From Marsupella aquatica (Eukaryota; Plantae; Marchantiophyta), in NCBI GenBank assembly GCA_973895155.1, contig OZ316892.1, positions 30,479,228 to 30,543,227 of the forward strand: DNA of 64,000 nucleotides. Direction: 5' to 3'. Shown in pieces: positions 63,549 to 64,000 of the stretch (positions are counted from its first letter, which is position 1; each line of letters begins with the position of its first letter). Both the position numbers and the translations under genes were made by a program. The notes under the pieces are model-generated. The model was not told the DNA's origin. It made no database searches and saw nothing but the letters and a program-made list of their open reading frames with translations.

Positions 63549-63975
63549 GGCAAAGATCTGACTCCGGGCATACCGACACAACAACGGCATGTGATAGCCA
63601 AGTCGGGACACGCTTCCCTGGCCGATCACCTGTTGTTCCTCCTTCAAGATCTTCTTCAGCTGGGTGAGGAGGTACCCGTTGTAATCCCGGCTTGGGTCTA
63701 GCCTAGCCTCTCCGCCAGGTAGACCTGTGCCTTGCCAATCTCTGGCCTCAACAGGTTGCAGTGCATGGTTACCCGCAAGAAATCGATCATCTCCCCAATG
63801 TGCGGGTTGGTGCAGGTGTTCCGGAAGAAGCCATTCTTTGTTAATGGCCCTGGGAACGATCTAAACTCCTTGTCTGGCAAGGTCTTCCGGGGTATCTACT
63901 TTGGTCTTATTGCCCATCGGCAAGCCAAACACTTGGGTAATCACCTAGGGAGTGAGATAGAAATCCTTCCCATAT
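63549..63975 (-). pseudogene. Second copy of the PMD/Transposase_32-like coding region (612-4274 family)
   Basis: Aligns with ~2856-3277; translates PDKEFRSFPGPLTKNGFFRNTCTNPHIGEMIDFLRVTMHCNL. Confidence 0.85.
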
Positions 63976-64000
63976 ATACACCCTTGTGGAATTTGTTTTG

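Overview
Repeat-dense, probably heterochromatic window from a land-plant nuclear genome: TTTAGGG repeats, GT-AG introns, plant TE lineages and plant-type FRG/EDM2-like domains; a non-seed plant is my guess. I see no intact housekeeping gene, RNA gene or CRISPR array. The window is a nest of transposons. (1) A complete 17.8-kb CACTA element (45734-63548, ~29-bp TIRs, GGC TSD) with TnpD- and TnpA-like genes, an internal Copia/Bianca fragment and a solo LTR. (2) An inverted partial sister copy (41087-45662) holding a Cys-rich ORF, an EDM2-type PHD module, tandem BRCT domains and an F-box. (3) Three TSD-flanked TGTCAC...GTCACA solo-LTR-like units (28680-32669, 34664-37108, 61040-63383) and a truncated relative (1-4389), all with reading frames inside the unit. 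(4) A pseudogene apparently joining a TE-type PMD/Transposase_32-like domain, 60-aa coiled-coil repeats and an FRG/Ris1-type SNF2-RING helicase (~19091-24790). (5) A fungal-type OrsD/DUF3505 plus tyrosine-recombinase-like pseudogene (37847-40512). (6) MULE-like and LINE fragments and several satellites. All family assignments come from motif recognition by eye, not database searches.
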